Assembly (NCBI RefSeq): GCF_006345805.1
Contig: NC_043005.1
Location: 2,976,001 to 3,040,000, forward strand
Reading direction: 5' to 3'
Source: Octopus sinensis
Taxonomy: Eukaryota
DNA length: 64,000 nt
A program made the translations under genes and the position numbers. Positions 63,230-64,000 of this stretch are shown here, piece after piece; the first letter of the stretch is position 1; each line of letters starts with the position of its first letter. A model generated the notes under the pieces. That model made no database searches. It was not told where the DNA came from and saw nothing but the letters and a program-made list of their open reading frames with translations.

Positions 63230-63400
63230 CAATGCCTATGGTACTGCTGTTGTTGTTCCTCTATGTTATGCTTGTTGTAGTTGTTGTTGTTGCCAGTATT
63301 AACCACTTGTTCCGACAATGCTAACAACGTTTGGTGAAGAACGGATACCAAACGGAACCGGAAATACCACAATGTTTTCGCTCTCTAGTCACGAAAAAAC
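63230..63400 (-). promoter_or_regulatory. Candidate non-coding first exon and promoter of a minus-strand gene
   Basis: Strong donor TTG|GTAAGT at 63230/63229, locally CpG-retaining sequence, ETS-like CCGGAAAT near 63358, no ATG in the exon. Confidence 0.4.
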
Positions 63401-63604
63401 AACTTTTTTATTACTGGGAAGCGCCATGTTGAAATGTTGAGTGTTTTCTCAAGGAGCAAAAAAAATAAATAACGGGCAAATACCATTCGGTCGATATATA
63501 TATTTATGTGTGTGCATAGCCATAATTATGTCTCCATATTTCTTTATGCGTGTAAATATATATTTACACATTTTTATCTATATATAGCCATAATTCTCTC
63601 TCCA

Positions 63605-63772
63605 AATAGATAGATAGGCTTATAGACAGACAGACAGACAGATAGATAGATAGATAGACAGACAGATAGATAAACAGACAGATAGATAGACTGATAGATA
63701 GATAGACAGACAGATAGATAGATAGAAAGATAAAGAGAGAGAGAGAGAATGAGAGACAGACAGACTGATAGA
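63605..63772. repeat. (GATA)n/(GACA)n/(GA)n compound microsatellite
   Basis: Direct inspection. Confidence 0.95.
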
Positions 63773-64000
63773 TATGTGTGTAAATAAACATGAATTCCCC
63801 TTATAATAATGTTTATTATTATGAGGATCAGCTGAAATGTTCATAGGCTGAGAAAGACAATCTCATGGAATGTGACCAAAGTTCATTTTTTAACGTCTTT
63901 CCTCTTACTGGAGAAACGATGTTAAACACACTTCCATTAGTAGTTGCAGTGCTTGGATTGCACTGGTGAAGAAGCTATTCTGTTGGTCAAAATGGTCATC

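Overview
AT-rich, microsatellite-rich eukaryotic DNA made mostly of transposable elements. The SINE families, the mollusc-like 5S sequence and the RTE content suggest a cephalopod, probably Octopus (inference). One host coding region is well supported: a minus-strand CD225/dispanin-like two-TM protein (28282-28815), with candidate upstream exons and a candidate first exon near 63.3 kb. The rest comprises a young 5'-truncated RTE LINE (two nonsense changes, no frameshift) plus many RTE 3'-end fragments, two abundant tRNA-derived SINE families, and fragments of R4/Dong, Penelope, CR1, mariner, Helitron, hAT-like and TTAA-specific elements. The most unusual signals are: (i) a short repeat family, four copies here, carrying a minimal type-I hammerhead ribozyme core; (ii) a 5S rRNA head fused to an RTE 3' tail (SINE3-like chimera); (iii) a ~6.1-kb array of a 66-bp unit that grew out of an RTE 3'UTR sub-repeat, whose two common variants are CpG transitions that switch HRE-like and AP-1 motifs; (iv) foldback elements, one built from two inverted mariner 3' ends. 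Everything was read by eye; no searches or folding were run, and boundaries of degenerate repeats are approximate.
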